DNA of 64,000 bases, taken from NCBI RefSeq assembly GCF_009914755.1, contig NC_060935.1; one strand, given 5' to 3'. Within the stretch, counting starts at the first letter, position 1. Every line of letters starts with the position of its first letter. The position numbers and the translations under genes are program-made. Below are positions 14,550-27,824 of the stretch, piece by piece. Below the pieces are notes generated by a model. It worked only from the letters and a program-made list of their open reading frames with translations. It was not told the DNA's origin and did no database searches. The stretch comes from the human T2T-CHM13v2.0 reference genome, Homo sapiens.

Positions 14550-16700
14550 GGGGATGGGTGCTGCTTTATCCGTCCAGGACTCCGTGCGTTGGGAAAATCA
14601 CGCCGCGAGGGGGCGCAAGAGCCGCGTACTCCAGAGCAAGAAGAAAAGGCTCGGGGATCCAGGCGGAGAGTCCAGGAGAAGAGCCGCCAGACTGCAGGGG
14701 CAGGTGGAAGGCGTGGCAGCTGGAAAAGTAGGGGTGGGGGCGCGGTCGTGAAGGGTGGGACTTCTGGAGCAACGCTGGGCGGGTTGGGGGCCGGTCGGAG
14801 CCGGACAGGCGGCTGGGAGGTGGGATGGGCGGGGCGCTTGGGAGCGAGATGGGGGGACAAGGGCGTGGCTACAGCTAAATTCGCCGCAGAGGGCGGGCGG
14901 GGAGGGGGAGGGAAGGGGAGGAGGCGTGGCCTGGGCGGGGAGTAGGGCGCGACGGACCCTTCAGTTAGCCCGCGGCTCCCCGGGCTCTCCCTGGCGCCGA
15001 GTCCCACCCCTTTCCCGGCCCAGAGAGTGTGCGTCTGCGTGCACCTGAGTGTCAGTGTGTACGAGAGTTTGTGAGTCCGAGGTTGCCATGTTGGAGCCCC
15101 TGGGCAGGAGGTGTTTCCGCGCGGAGGCTGGTGGCCCGCGGTGGACGCGGCGCCCTGGCTGCGAGTCTGCGGAGCTGAGCACGCTCAGCGGTTGTGTGTG
15201 TCTCAGCGACTCCCTGGGGGCAGCTCGGCCTGCTGGGCTCCCGAGGGACCTCTCTGGAGGGCCAGAGGGTCGCCTCAGTCTGCAAGTCCTCCAGCAGGCT
15301 TTTTCTTCTTCGGCTCCTCCCTGATTCCCTCCCACCACGCGGTTCCCAGGCTCGCGCACGCCCGGAGCCCACCCCCTCTTTTGGGCGCGAGGCCCCGCCC
15401 CCCGCCCCCTTGCCTCTGCCGCAAAGTTTATTTGCAACAAAAGGGTGCCAGGAGCGAGCAGCCAAGGGCGTTGGGCAGGCGGACGCAGAGTCGAGGAACC
15501 AAGCGCTGGGATCCCGCCCAGGCGGTGCCGCGGTGCCCCTGGTCGCTCCAGCCGCGGCGGGGGCTGGGCCTGGGGGTCGGCGCTGAGGCGGGAGGGGCCG
15601 CCCGGGATGGAGACGTTGCGGCCGGTGGCCACAGAAACTTGAGCCGCGGCAGAGAAACCTCTGCTCCGGTCTCTGCGTCCTCTTCCCACACTCCCGTGCG
15701 CTGCTTTCGGCGTGGGCCGCTGCGCTCCTAGGGAGTGGGGGCGCAGGGGGGGTTGGCCGCGGCTGCCCGAGGCCAGCCCCCCCGGAGTGAGTTACGCCAC
15801 TATGGCGGACGGGGCACCCCGGCCCCAGCTTTACCGCAGCGTCTCGTTCAAGCTGCTGGAGCGCTGGAGCGGCGGCCCCGGGCTGAGGGAGGAGGACACG
15901 GACACCCCCGGCTTGAGGCGACGCGCCTCGTGCCGGCCGACCACGGCTGCCCGGGGCCAGCCCTCTCGGCGCGTGTCCAAGCTGGCGTCTGGGCCCCTGG
16001 CCGCCCCCGCGCAGCCGCGCCCGCTCCGCAGCCTCTCGCCGTCGGTTCGCCAGCTCTCCCGGCGCTTCGACGCGCCGCGTCTGGACGACGGCTCCGCTGG
16101 GACCCGAGACGGAGGCGTCTTACCCGCGGCCGCGGAAGAAGCGGCCGAGGGCCCAGCGCGAGGAGCCTGGCCCAGCGTCACCGAGATGCGCAAGCTCTTC
16201 GGCGGTCCTGGCTCCAGGAGGCCCAGCGCCGACTCTGAATCCCCAGGAACGCCCAGCCCCGACGGTGCCGCGTGGGAGCCTCCGGCTCGGGAGTCGCGGC
16301 AGCCACCGACGCCACCCCCTCGGACATGCTTCCCCCTGGCGGGTCTGCGTTCGGCGCGGCCCCTGACCGGGCCGGAGACCGAAGGGAGGCTGCGCCGGCC
16401 GCAGCAGCAACAGGAGCGGGCGCAGCGTCCAGCGGATGGTTTACATTCTTGGCATATCTTCTCCCAACCGCAGGCCGGGGCCCGGGCCTCCTGCTCCTCC
16501 TCCTCCATCGCCGCCTCCTATCCTGTCAGCCGCAGTCGTGCTGCCAGCTCCAGCGAGGAGGAAGAGGAGGGCCCGCCGCAGCTGCCTGGAGCCCAGAGTC
16601 CGGCCTACCACGGCGGCCACTCCTCGGGCAGTGACGACGACCGAGACGGTGAGGGCGGCCACCGCTGGGGAGGGAGGCCCGGGCTCAGGCCTGGAAGCTC
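14550..16700. promoter_or_regulatory. CpG island: ARHGEF17 main promoter, 5'UTR and start of exon 1
   Basis: Dense CpGs, several GC boxes (gggcgg/ccgccc), G-run cluster 14891-14940; edges estimated by eye. Confidence 0.9.
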
Positions 16701-18993
16701 CCTATTGGATCAGGACTGCAGGCCTGACAGTGATGGGTTAAATCTAAGCAGCATGAACTCAGCAGGGGTTTCTGGGAGCCCTGAGCCCCCAACATCTCCA
16801 AGAGCCCCTAGAGAAGAAGGACTCCGGGAGTGGGGTAGTGGCTCTCCGCCCTGCGTCCCAGGTCCCCAGGAGGGACTTCGGCCTATGTCTGACTCTGTGG
16901 GAGGAGCTTTCCGTGTGGCCAAGGTGAGCTTTCCCTCGTACCTGGCCAGCCCCGCAGGCTCCCGCGGTAGCAGCCGTTATTCCAGCACGGAGACCCTCAA
17001 GGACGACGACCTATGGTCTAGTAGGGGTTCTGGGGGCTGGGGCGTGTACCGCTCCCCTAGCTTTGGAGCTGGGGAAGGGCTCCTGCGGTCCCAGGCTCGA
17101 ACCCGTGCCAAAGGACCTGGAGGCACCTCTAGGGCATTGAGGGATGGAGGATTTGAGCCTGAAAAGAGTCGACAGCGGAAGTCCCTGTCAAATCCAGATA
17201 TCGCCTCAGAGACCCTGACGCTTCTCAGTTTCCTGCGCTCAGACCTTTCAGAGCTGAGGGTCCGAAAACCTGGTGGGAGCTCCGGGGACCGTGGAAGCAA
17301 CCCCCTAGATGGCAGAGACTCACCATCCGCAGGTGGCCCTGTGGGGCAACTTGAACCCATACCCATCCCAGCCCCAGCATCACCTGGCACGCGCCCCACA
17401 CTCAAGGACTTGACAGCCACTCTGCGGAGAGCAAAGTCATTCACCTGCTCTGAGAAGCCCATGGCCCGCCGCCTGCCCCGCACCAGTGCTCTGAAGTCCA
17501 GCTCCTCCGAGCTCCTGCTCACAGGCCCTGGTGCCGAGGAGGATCCGCTGCCCCTCATCGTCCAGGACCAATATGTGCAGGAGGCCCGCCAGGTTTTTGA
17601 GAAGATCCAGCGCATGGGTGCCCAACAAGATGATGGAAGCGATGCCCCCCCTGGAAGCCCTGACTGGGCAGGGGATGTGACCCGAGGGCAGCGGTCCCAG
17701 GAGGAGCTCTCAGGCCCTGAGTCCAGTCTGACAGATGAAGGCATTGGGGCAGACCCTGAGCCTCCTGTTGCAGCATTTTGCGGCCTGGGTACCACAGGGA
17801 TGTGGCGACCTCTTTCCTCATCCTCGGCCCAGACGAACCACCATGGCCCTGGGACTGAGGACAGTCTGGGCGGGTGGGCCCTGGTGTCGCCTGAGACCCC
17901 TCCCACACCAGGTGCCCTCCGCCGACGACGCAAAGTCCCACCTTCAGGTTCTGGTGGGAGCGAATTGAGCAATGGGGAGGCAGGGGAGGCCTACAGGTCC
18001 CTGAGTGACCCAATTCCTCAGCGCCACCGGGCTGCCACCTCTGAAGAGCCTACTGGGTTCTCTGTGGACAGCAACCTCCTGGGCTCACTGAGCCCCAAGA
18101 CAGGGCTCCCTGCCACCTCAGCCATGGATGAGGGCTTGACCAGTGGTCACAGTGACTGGTCTGTGGGCAGTGAAGAGAGCAAGGGATATCAGGAGGTTAT
18201 TCAGAGCATAGTTCAGGGGCCTGGCACCCTGGGGCGTGTGGTGGACGACAGGATTGCTGGCAAAGCCCCCAAGAAGAAATCCCTGAGTGACCCCAGCCGC
18301 CGTGGGGAGCTGGCTGGGCCTGGATTCGAGGGCCCTGGAGGGGAGCCCATCCGAGAAGTTGAGCCCATGCTGCCTCCATCCAGCAGCGAGCCCATCCTTG
18401 TAGAGCAGCGGGCAGAGCCAGAAGAACCTGGTGCCACCAGGAGCCGGGCACAGTCTGAAAGGGCCCTACCTGAGGCTCTGCCTCCCCCTGCCACTGCCCA
18501 CCGAAACTTTCACCTTGACCCCAAGCTGGCTGACATTCTGTCCCCGAGGCTAATCCGCCGAGGCTCCAAGAAGCGCCCAGCTCGGAGTAGTCACCAGGAG
18601 CTTCGGAGAGACGAGGGCAGTCAGGACCAGACTGGCAGCCTGTCTCGGGCCCGGCCCTCCTCCAGACACGTTCGCCATGCCAGTGTGCCCGCCACATTTA
18701 TGCCTATTGTGGTGCCTGAGCCACCAACTTCTGTTGGTCCCCCTGTGGCTGTGCCAGAACCCATAGGCTTCCCTACCCGAGCCCATCCCACGTTGCAGGC
18801 ACCATCGCTCGAGGACGTCACCAAGCAGTACATGCTGAACCTGCACTCCGGTGAGGTCCCTGCCCCAGTGCCAGTGGACATGCCCTGCTTGCCTCTGGCT
18901 GCACCGCCCTCTGCTGAGGCCAAGCCCCCTGAGGCAGCTCGGCCTGCAGATGAGCCTACCCCTGCCAGCAAGTGCTGCAGCAAGCCACAGGTG
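15802..18993 (+). CDS. ARHGEF17: Rho guanine nucleotide exchange factor 17 (TEM4/p164-RhoGEF), coding exon 1, 1064 codons; low-complexity N-terminus with the actin-binding region
   Basis: ACTATGG Kozak; MADGAPRPQLYRSVSFKLLERW…KCCSKPQV; donor GTG|gtgagt; 3192 bp, phase 0. Confidence 0.96.
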
Positions 18994-21900
18994 GTGAGTC
19001 CTTTGTAGGGGCCTTCAGATTGGGGCCAAAGAAGGGCCATGGGCACCGACTTCGGTTGGAGCCTTTTGCATTGTATTCACTGGTCAGGTGCCCAGGTGCC
19101 AAGGGTGCTTTTCTGGTCCTGGAAGTGCCTGTGCAGTTTTAAGAGTTGTTAATGACACAGGGCTCCTGTCTACTCAGGCCCTGTAGAAGCTTCAGTTTTC
19201 TGCTGGTGCTAATGGCAAAGGGTCTTGTCTGCTCCAGGTGTTCTGGGTGGTAATTACAAAGGATTCTTATCTTGTCCTTTGGATGTTTCTCAGGGACTGG
19301 TTTTGGAAATCCCTGTGTGGTTCTTTGTTGGAGGGATGAGTGTGATGGCACCCAGCGCAGGCTCAGTCCTTTCTCTGAGGCTTGCTACTCTGTTGGCCAG
19401 ACCCTTGATAGGATGTTTGGCTCAGGGGCCACAGTTGACATGGGTTTGCCCTTCTTCGTGTGGCTTTCCTATGACAGGTCAGAATATAGATGTGTTCCTG
19501 GGCCTGGGAGAATTGGGGAGGTACAAGGCTTTACTTTATGGAGGAGCAGAGGGGGCTCAGGGTTCTAACTGCAGTTCTGTTCTTGCTGTGTGACATTGGC
19601 CTTTCTCTGTGACTTAATCTCCCCAATCAGGGGAGATAGGTGGACAAACTAGTGCCTATGTTTCCATCCAGCTGGTACTGTGCAGATTTGGGGGAGCCTG
19701 CGGTTTTGAGTTGGGGACTCTTGGGGCCTGAGTTCTGCCAGAGCCTCCTCAGATGAAAAAAGCTTCTAGATGGGGGCTTCTAGGGGAGGATAGAGGCAGG
19801 GAGGGGGCTGCAGAGGCTGGGCAGCCAGGGCCCTTTAGAGAGGTCAGGAGTGGTTCTGGGCCCCATATTCAGGGCTGCCTCTATGGGTCTGGGGGGTCGG
19901 TTCTTGTTCCCCCATCCTGTCTGCTTGCATCTTTTCCCCACTCTACCCCCTTCTTGGTGACTCTGAGATGCACCCCGTTTCTGCCAGACCCCCAGCCCTG
20001 GGGGCTCACTCTCCCTGAGACCCCTCCTTCTACCTTCTGGCTTCAGCTATCCCTGGAGTTTAGGCTGTGGATTCAGATGGGATCCAGATGGCATATGCCC
20101 TGGCATCTGGGTTGGGAGCTAGATTCCAGGCTGTGGATTCTGAGCTGAGCTCAGCGATGGCCAGTGGTTACTTCAACTGTGGCCTGCGCTCCCACTGCGC
20201 TCCCTGACTGTGTGAGAAGCCTGGAAATTATAAACCCTGGACTGATTCAGTCACTCCCTTTCCCAGCACTCTCATGGCCCCTCTGAACTCCCTTTCTCTT
20301 TGTTTCTCTCTCCTTGTCTCCAGTTACCCCTGGTCCTGGCTCTGGGGTTTCTCATGGAGGCTGCAGAGAGAGCAGGCAGGGAGTGGGGAGCGGGGCGTTT
20401 TGAACCTGTCCTTCCTTCTGAGTCCCAGTGAGGGCAGCTCCGGTGCCCCTGAACTCCAGTGCCAGTTCTGAAGGTGGGGGAGGGGAGGAAGACAGCAGGT
20501 CCAGTTCTTGTCAGGGGTCTCCTCCCCAGCCTCCTTTCCCATATATCTTTTCTGGGAGCCTTGAAGGCTCAAATGGGGGAGAGGACAGGAGTAAACCAAG
20601 GGACTCAGGGAGACTGAAGGTGGGTTGGGGGTGCTTCTAAGAGAAGGCTTTGAGACCCAGAGAGGAGGTGGGAGTTTACAGAACTTCTCCTGCCCCACCT
20701 CCCTTCACATTCTCCTCTACCCCCCACCCCTTTCTGGAGCTCTGAGGCGGGACAGATCTGCCATAACATGGGCTTCTCCCTGCCACGAACAGAGGCCTTC
20801 TCTGATCTCCAAGCTTTTGCCCACTCCAGGCCTCTCACTTTTCCAGGCCCAGCTTGATGTCCCCTTAGGGGGAGGTAACTGGTGAGTCTGTCATTAGAAG
20901 AGCAGGGTGTGAGCCTTGCTCTTCTGATCCCTGTGTGGCCTAGGATCCATCATATCCCTGCTCTGTGCCTCACTTCCCCCTTCCATAAAATGGGGGTAAT
21001 GGCCTCTGCCTGGCAGGCTGTCTCTTGTGGTGAATGGGTGGTGTGATCATTTCCTCTCTGGTAGCAGGAAAGAAGAAAAATGGAGGCTGCACTGCCCAGC
21101 TGCTTCTCAGCCACCAGGCTTGGCTTGTGAACACAGGGCTGGGTCCTCGGGGGCCTCAGTATAACCTGGTGGACTGCAGTAGCCTCTGAGAACATCCATC
21201 ATCCTCCAATTTCCCACACCCTCATAAAGCCTGGAAGTTCTCCCATCTGCTAGCTTGAACCCCTCCTGCTGTCCCCTTCCTTCTGGCTCCCAGAATATGG
21301 GGAGCAGCTGTCCACCCCCTCCTGGTGGCCTCTGTTGAGGAGACAATGTTCCCTTGTTTCAAGCCTGAGGCTCCAGTCATGCTCCCTGGGCCGTGGGTGG
21401 AGATGGCGTGGTATGGACTCCAGAATAAGCAGAGACGAGAGGAGCTGTCATTCTTTGCTTCTGGCAGTCCCTGGGGACTAAGGGGATGCCCCCCGCCCCC
21501 CAGGCTGTAGGGAGTCCTTCACCCTCAGGTCCACATTCGTGCTCTGTGTGGTGTTGCCCCCATTGCCGGGAAGTGGGAGGCCTGGGGCCAGGCCTGGCTC
21601 AGCCTTTGACTCACTCAGACCTGGACAGAGTCATCTTTGTCTCTCAGTTTTCCCATCTGTACAGTGGGAGGTTAGACTGCCTGGTCTGTGAGGCTCAGAA
21701 GGAGGGAGTCAGCCTGCAGGGGGTGTCAAGTGAAATGGGAGGAGCCAGCGGTGTGGCTGGAGGGGAGAGAAAGGCAGCTGTCTGCAATAGCTGCATGAAC
21801 CCAGGAGAACAGGGAGTAACAGTAGCTCATGGGTCATTTATTCCAGGAATGCCTGTCTGTGTGCCGGGAGGTGAGGAGGCAGAGCTGTCAGGCCTCCCTG

Positions 21901-23429
21901 CCCCGCCCCTCCCACACTCTTGTTACCTCCACTGAGGCCCACTGTAGCCTGGTTGGTCAACAACTCTTCCTGTGAGGGAGAGCTTCCCCCGCCCCAGCCT
22001 CAAAGTGCAGAGTCTTGCAGTCCCACCTTCTGCCCTCAGGTCCCTGATACCCGTTTGACACATGCCACAACTGTAGCCCACAGCAGGGGGTGACTTGTCT
22101 CTCAGCATCATAGGCAGATGAACTCACGAAATTTTAACATACTGAAATAGCAGTAACAATGACGAACATTTATCAAGTGCTTGCTATGTGCCAGACACTA
22201 TCTGTTTCATTCTTCAACTGTGAAAGCTGTGGATATCTTACAGTGCAGACTTAGAGTCGAAGACTGTTGGATTCACCCTGAATCCTAGCATATCAGTGTC
22301 TTAGAGGTGAGGGGTCCCAAGGAGATTGGCCTGCCATCTGAGTAGCGGGGACAAGTCAGCAGACAGTTGGGAGTGTCACCTCCACATCCCCAACAGCCTG
22401 AACACTTTCATAGTGGTTATTTAATTCACCAGGGCCTGGGGTTGGGATGGGAAGAACTTTGAGACCCAGAAAGGGAGAATGCTAGGTCTAAGGTCACACA
22501 GCAAGGGCGGGCAGAACCAGGCCCATGCACCAGGACCCTGGCCTTGTTCCTCTCCACTCAGACCCCCTCCCTACCCAGCCAGCTCCCTGCCTTGCTGATG
22601 AAGGTCTGGCAACAGCTCTTCTAGTCACCCTTCTTTCTCCCCTTTTGGCGGGGAACCTGCGGGGGTGGAGGTTCTCTCCTTCCCCTCCTTGGCTCTTTGT
22701 GTGATTTTTCCATGGAAACTGGTTCTGGGGGGAAAGGAGGAGGTGATTAGGACACTTGGAATTCTGAGCGGTACCAAATATCTATAATTAAATGTCTTGT
22801 CACCCAGCAGGAGGGGGTGAGATGAGGGAGGACAGGCAGAAGGGCAGCCCCTTTCCTCTGTTTATTCCTCACATCTCCTCCCAACTCCTTCCTAAGGGCC
22901 TGGGCTCTTGGGGGGAACACTGTCCAGGAATGAGTCCTCCCCAGCGAGGAAGGGTTGGGGGATGGACTAGAGTTGAGTCTGACATTTTCCAGCCCCACGT
23001 TTCTGGGACCAGCTGGGTTTGGGAGGCGGAGAGGCTGCTGCTAATCCTGTCCCCAGCCCCCTCTCCCCGTGTAGGGACTTACCCCTCCTGCTTCCCTCCC
23101 ACCCTCCCATCTGTGATCTTTCAGGCTACACATTGCTGCCCCAAAGCAGGGTGGAGGCACCCCCAGGCTTCCTGGGAGCCGAGGCACACAGAGTGTAGGA
23201 TCTAGAAGCCAACTCGAAGGGGCTTAGGATGTTGAGGGACTAGCCTGGAAACTGGCCGAGGGACTTCCTAGAAGAGGCTCTGCCTAAGCTTGAGCTTGAA
23301 CACTGAGCAAGAGGGAGAGGCTCTATGAAGAGGGCACAGCATGAGCAGAGGCTAGGAGATGGAAAGAAATATGGCAGGTTGTGTGCAGTAAAAGTTTGTT
23401 TCAGAGACTCAGGTGGCCTTTGATAGGGT

Positions 23430-24110
23430 AATGCATTCATCCATTAAACAAATACTGTCTGAGCAATAAGACATGTCAGGCCTTCTAGGCCTGGGAATAC
23501 AGCAGCAAACAAAACAAAAGCCTGTCCTTGTGGAGCTTCCAGACTAGGGAGGAGGCCTGTCTGTAAATGGAGATATTCTGTGTCAGGGAGTGGTAGGGTC
23601 CGAGAAAAAAATAAAGCAGGATAAGGGAGTAGAGAATGACAGGGTGGGGTACTTTAGATCAAGAGATCAGGAATGCCTGTCTGAGGAGGTGACATTTGAG
23701 CAGAAGCCTGGAGGAAGTGAGGGAGCAGGTCAGGTGGCTGAGGGAAACAGCATTCTGGGCAGAGAGGAACAGCAGATGCAAAGGCACTGAGGTGGTTGAG
23801 AAACAGTCAAGAGAACTGTATGGATGGAGCAGAGAAGTAGAAGATCAGAGGTGGGTTAGGGTGAGGAAGATCATGTAGGCCAATAGGAGGACTTCAGCAC
23901 ATACTCAAAGTGAGATGGGGCAGGTGCTGTTGGAAGGTTCTGAGTGGAATAGTGGCCTGGTCTGACTTAAGCATTCACAGGTCTGCTCTGGCTGCTCCAT
24001 GTGGATAGATTGCAAGGGGCCAGGTGGAGGCTGTGAGGCCAGTCAGAAGGCTGCTGGAATAATCTGGACAAGAGATGATGGTGGCTTGGGCCCAGGCAGA
24101 GATGGTGGAG
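23430..24110 (-). mobile_element. L2 LINE 3' fragment
   Basis: cattcatccattaaacaaatac…gggaatacagcagcaaac…ctgaggaggtgacatttgagcagaag…, typical reverse L2. Confidence 0.75.
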
Positions 24111-25517
24111 TGGTGGGTTTCTGCTGCAGCCCCAGGGGCTCCTCAAGGGCCTGGACCCCAATGTTCAAGGTGAACACAGAGCTACAACTTCTCACATGGC
24201 TGGGCAGTGTGTGAGGGGTCACTTAGGGTGGGGAGGTGGAGTTTGAAAAGTCCCCAGGGTGGACTGGGCTTTGCGCTACACTGGCCACCCCCTGCAGACC
24301 CACATTGGCTTGGCTGAAAGGCTAGGAGAGTGGAGCCGCCACAGGGTCCCAGTGAGGCAGGTGACAGGGCCATATCCCACTGGTGTCTCCTCTGCAGCCA
24401 CCATGACACCCATTTAGCTCCAGCGTGCATGTCTCCTGGGACAGGGAGCTCATGCCTCCCCCTACCCCCCAAGGTAGCCCCATCCCTCCCATCTGATCCT
24501 CCAGCTACGTGGGCATTGCCATGGCTCCAATAGTCCAATAAAGAAGCAGGCTCAGAGTGGGCAGGGTCTGCCCAAGGCCCCAAAGCTTGAGTATGGGATT
24601 TGGCTCCCAGTGTCCTGACTCCCAGACCGTACATTGGTCCCACAGAGTTCCCACTAAGCAGAGTTGGCAGGGATGGCGGTAGCAGGGTGGGGGAAGGGGG
24701 AGCCAATGTTTCCCAGAAAGGCTTGAAGCCCTGGCGTACTTACTGGGAAATGTGCCCAGGCAGCCTGGCGCCTTGCTGGCAAGCCCTGAAATGGGGGCCC
24801 TGGGTCCCCTGGGAAGCAGGAGCCTATTGGAGCTGATGTCTCCCCATGGGAGTTGATTCCCCCCATGATGTCCTCCCTCTAATTCTCAGCTCCCAGGGTC
24901 TCTGGGGCATTCTGGGGGTTGGGAGAGACAGACACAGAGGAAAACTGTCAGGCTGCTGGGCTCTGTGCAGTGAGTGAACCTCAGCCCATGAGATGCAGGG
25001 GTTTGGGGCCCCAACCACAGTGCCTGAGCCCCTGGAGGGACTTCCAGGACCCAACCCTCCAGTAGCTCTAGGGTTCACTAGGGACAGCCTGGTGTCTGTA
25101 CTAGGAGTCAGGAGATCAGCTTTGCCTCACCACCTTCCTGCTGTGAGGCCTTCAATAAGTTCCATCCCCCTTCAGAGCCACAGAGCTGTCCATGCTCTTG
25201 GGCACCAGGATAAACCTCCTCCCAGGGCTGTTGGGAAAGGACCCAGTTCTAAGGAGGATCTCGGTTGCAGAATGAAGTGCTGGCAGGCAGGGACCCACCA
25301 TCCCACTAGGCTGCTGAGAAGGCAGGTTCAGAGTGGTGCCGGGACTCAGGCCTGGGTCTACCCGCTACGTGCTTTCCCCACCATCGCCTCCTGCTCTAGG
25401 ATCCCCCCCACCCCCAGATAGGGTCTTTTTCCACACTTGTGGCAGGCTGTGGTGCTCACTGTGGGGCCTGTCCAGAAGTGTGATGTTGCAGCTGACGGGA
25501 CAGTAAACCTTTATCTG

Positions 25518-25823
25518 GGCCGGGCGTGGTGGCTCACCCCTGTAATCCCAGCACTTTGGGAGGCTGAGGTGAGAGGATTGCTTGAGCCCAGGGGTTCGAG
25601 ACCAGCCTGAGCAACACAGGGAGACCTTGCCTCTACTAAAAATAAAAAACAGGTGTGGTGGCACAGACCTGTGGTCCCGCTACTCGAGAGGCTGAGGTGG
25701 GAGGATGGCTTGAGCCCAGGAGGTTGAGGCTGCAGTGAGCTGTGATTGCCCAACAGCACTTTAGCCTGGGCGACAGAGTGAGACCTTGTCTCAGAACAAA
25801 AAGCAAGAACCAAACAAACAAAA
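25518..25823 (+). mobile_element. Alu (AluJ-like)
   Basis: ggccgggcgtggtggctcac…gcttgagcccagg diagnostic, degenerate tail. Confidence 0.92.
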
Positions 25824-25943
25824 CTTCCTATGGTTTCTTTCCAGTGGAGCTTGAAGAAGCCGCCAGGCAGGAACAGGGTGAGAGGGGAGGGCAGAGCACA
25901 CCCGAGGTGGGAAGACCTGTGCTGATTGCAGAGGTCTAGGTGG

Positions 25944-26719
<776 letters not shown>

Positions 26720-27516
26720 GATAGGCAAAGGACCAGGCTGTTGGTTCCTGATATTCAGAGTCCCCAGCTGGTGCTGGTCCCGGGGCAGAACCTTCGAACT
26801 CAGGCCCACTGCATTTAACTTGCTATTTCTTTCCATGTTCATTTGTCATTCATTCATTTAGCAGTCAATCATTGAGCTCCGTGTTGGGCAGTGGGGACAC
26901 ACGGGGAAAACTTGGACACCATCCCTCCTTGCCAGGAGCTTTCACCAAGGATCCTAGCCTCCTGAGGTGGGTGAGGTCCAGAGGCAGGCAGAGCCCAGGC
27001 CTGGTGGGGCAGGGGCAGAAGTGCCAATGTGTTCCTGGGGCCAGGCCTGGCTTCCAGAGGTGGCAGGCCATAGTTTTGCTGACTAGAAGTGGGATGAGGC
27101 CGCTCCCAAGAAGGGCAATTGATAGGAGAGTTTAAATCCAGGGCAAGGAGGGAAGGTGGGCACCTAGGGAGGGGGTGGGAGTCACGTCTCTGCCAGGCTG
27201 CCCCATCTGAGGGCAGAACTGAGAGCCCAGCGGCAGAAGGAAAGAAACCCCATGTTCTGGGAGCTCCATGTGGGAATTGGTGGCATTGGTGCTGTCTGAC
27301 CAGAGGAACTGTCAGGTCCCTTCATCCCTGAGAGGCCTAGGGAGGCTTCAGGGAGGTGGCATGTGGAGGGTAAAGGGTGCTGTCCAGAATGCTGTCTCCC
27401 CGCACGCTGGCTTTCAGACCCAGGCAAGCACTTACCTACTCCCCCGAGGCTGTAGTCGATGGGGGCAGTATCCCCTCACTCCACAGAGGATTATTGTTAA
27501 GATTATTTTGTTTTTC

Positions 27517-27813
27517 GGCCGGGCGCTGTGTCTCATGCCTGTAATCCCAGCACTTTGAGAGGCCGAGGCGGGCGGATCACAAGGTCAGGAGTTCAAGACT
27601 CAGCCTGGCCAATATGGTGAAACCCTGTCTCCACTAAAAAAAAAAAAAAATTAGCAGGGCGTAGTCCTAGCTACTCAGGAGGCTGAGGTAAGAGAATTGC
27701 TTGAACCCTGGGAGGCGGAGGTTGCAGTGAGCCGAGATTGCACTACTGCACTCCACACTCCAGCCTGGGTGACAGAGCGAGACTCCGTCTCAAAAAAAAA
27801 AAAAAAAAAAAAA
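27517..27813 (+). mobile_element. Alu (AluS-like, small internal deletion)
   Basis: Dimer with A22 tail. Confidence 0.93.
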
Positions 27814-27824
27814 GATGATGATGA

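Noticed and set aside
14531-17972. Long antisense ORFs (242, 225, 331 aa) over the promoter and exon 1
   Set aside because: Stop-poor GC-rich sequence and antisense shadows of the real CDS; low-complexity products
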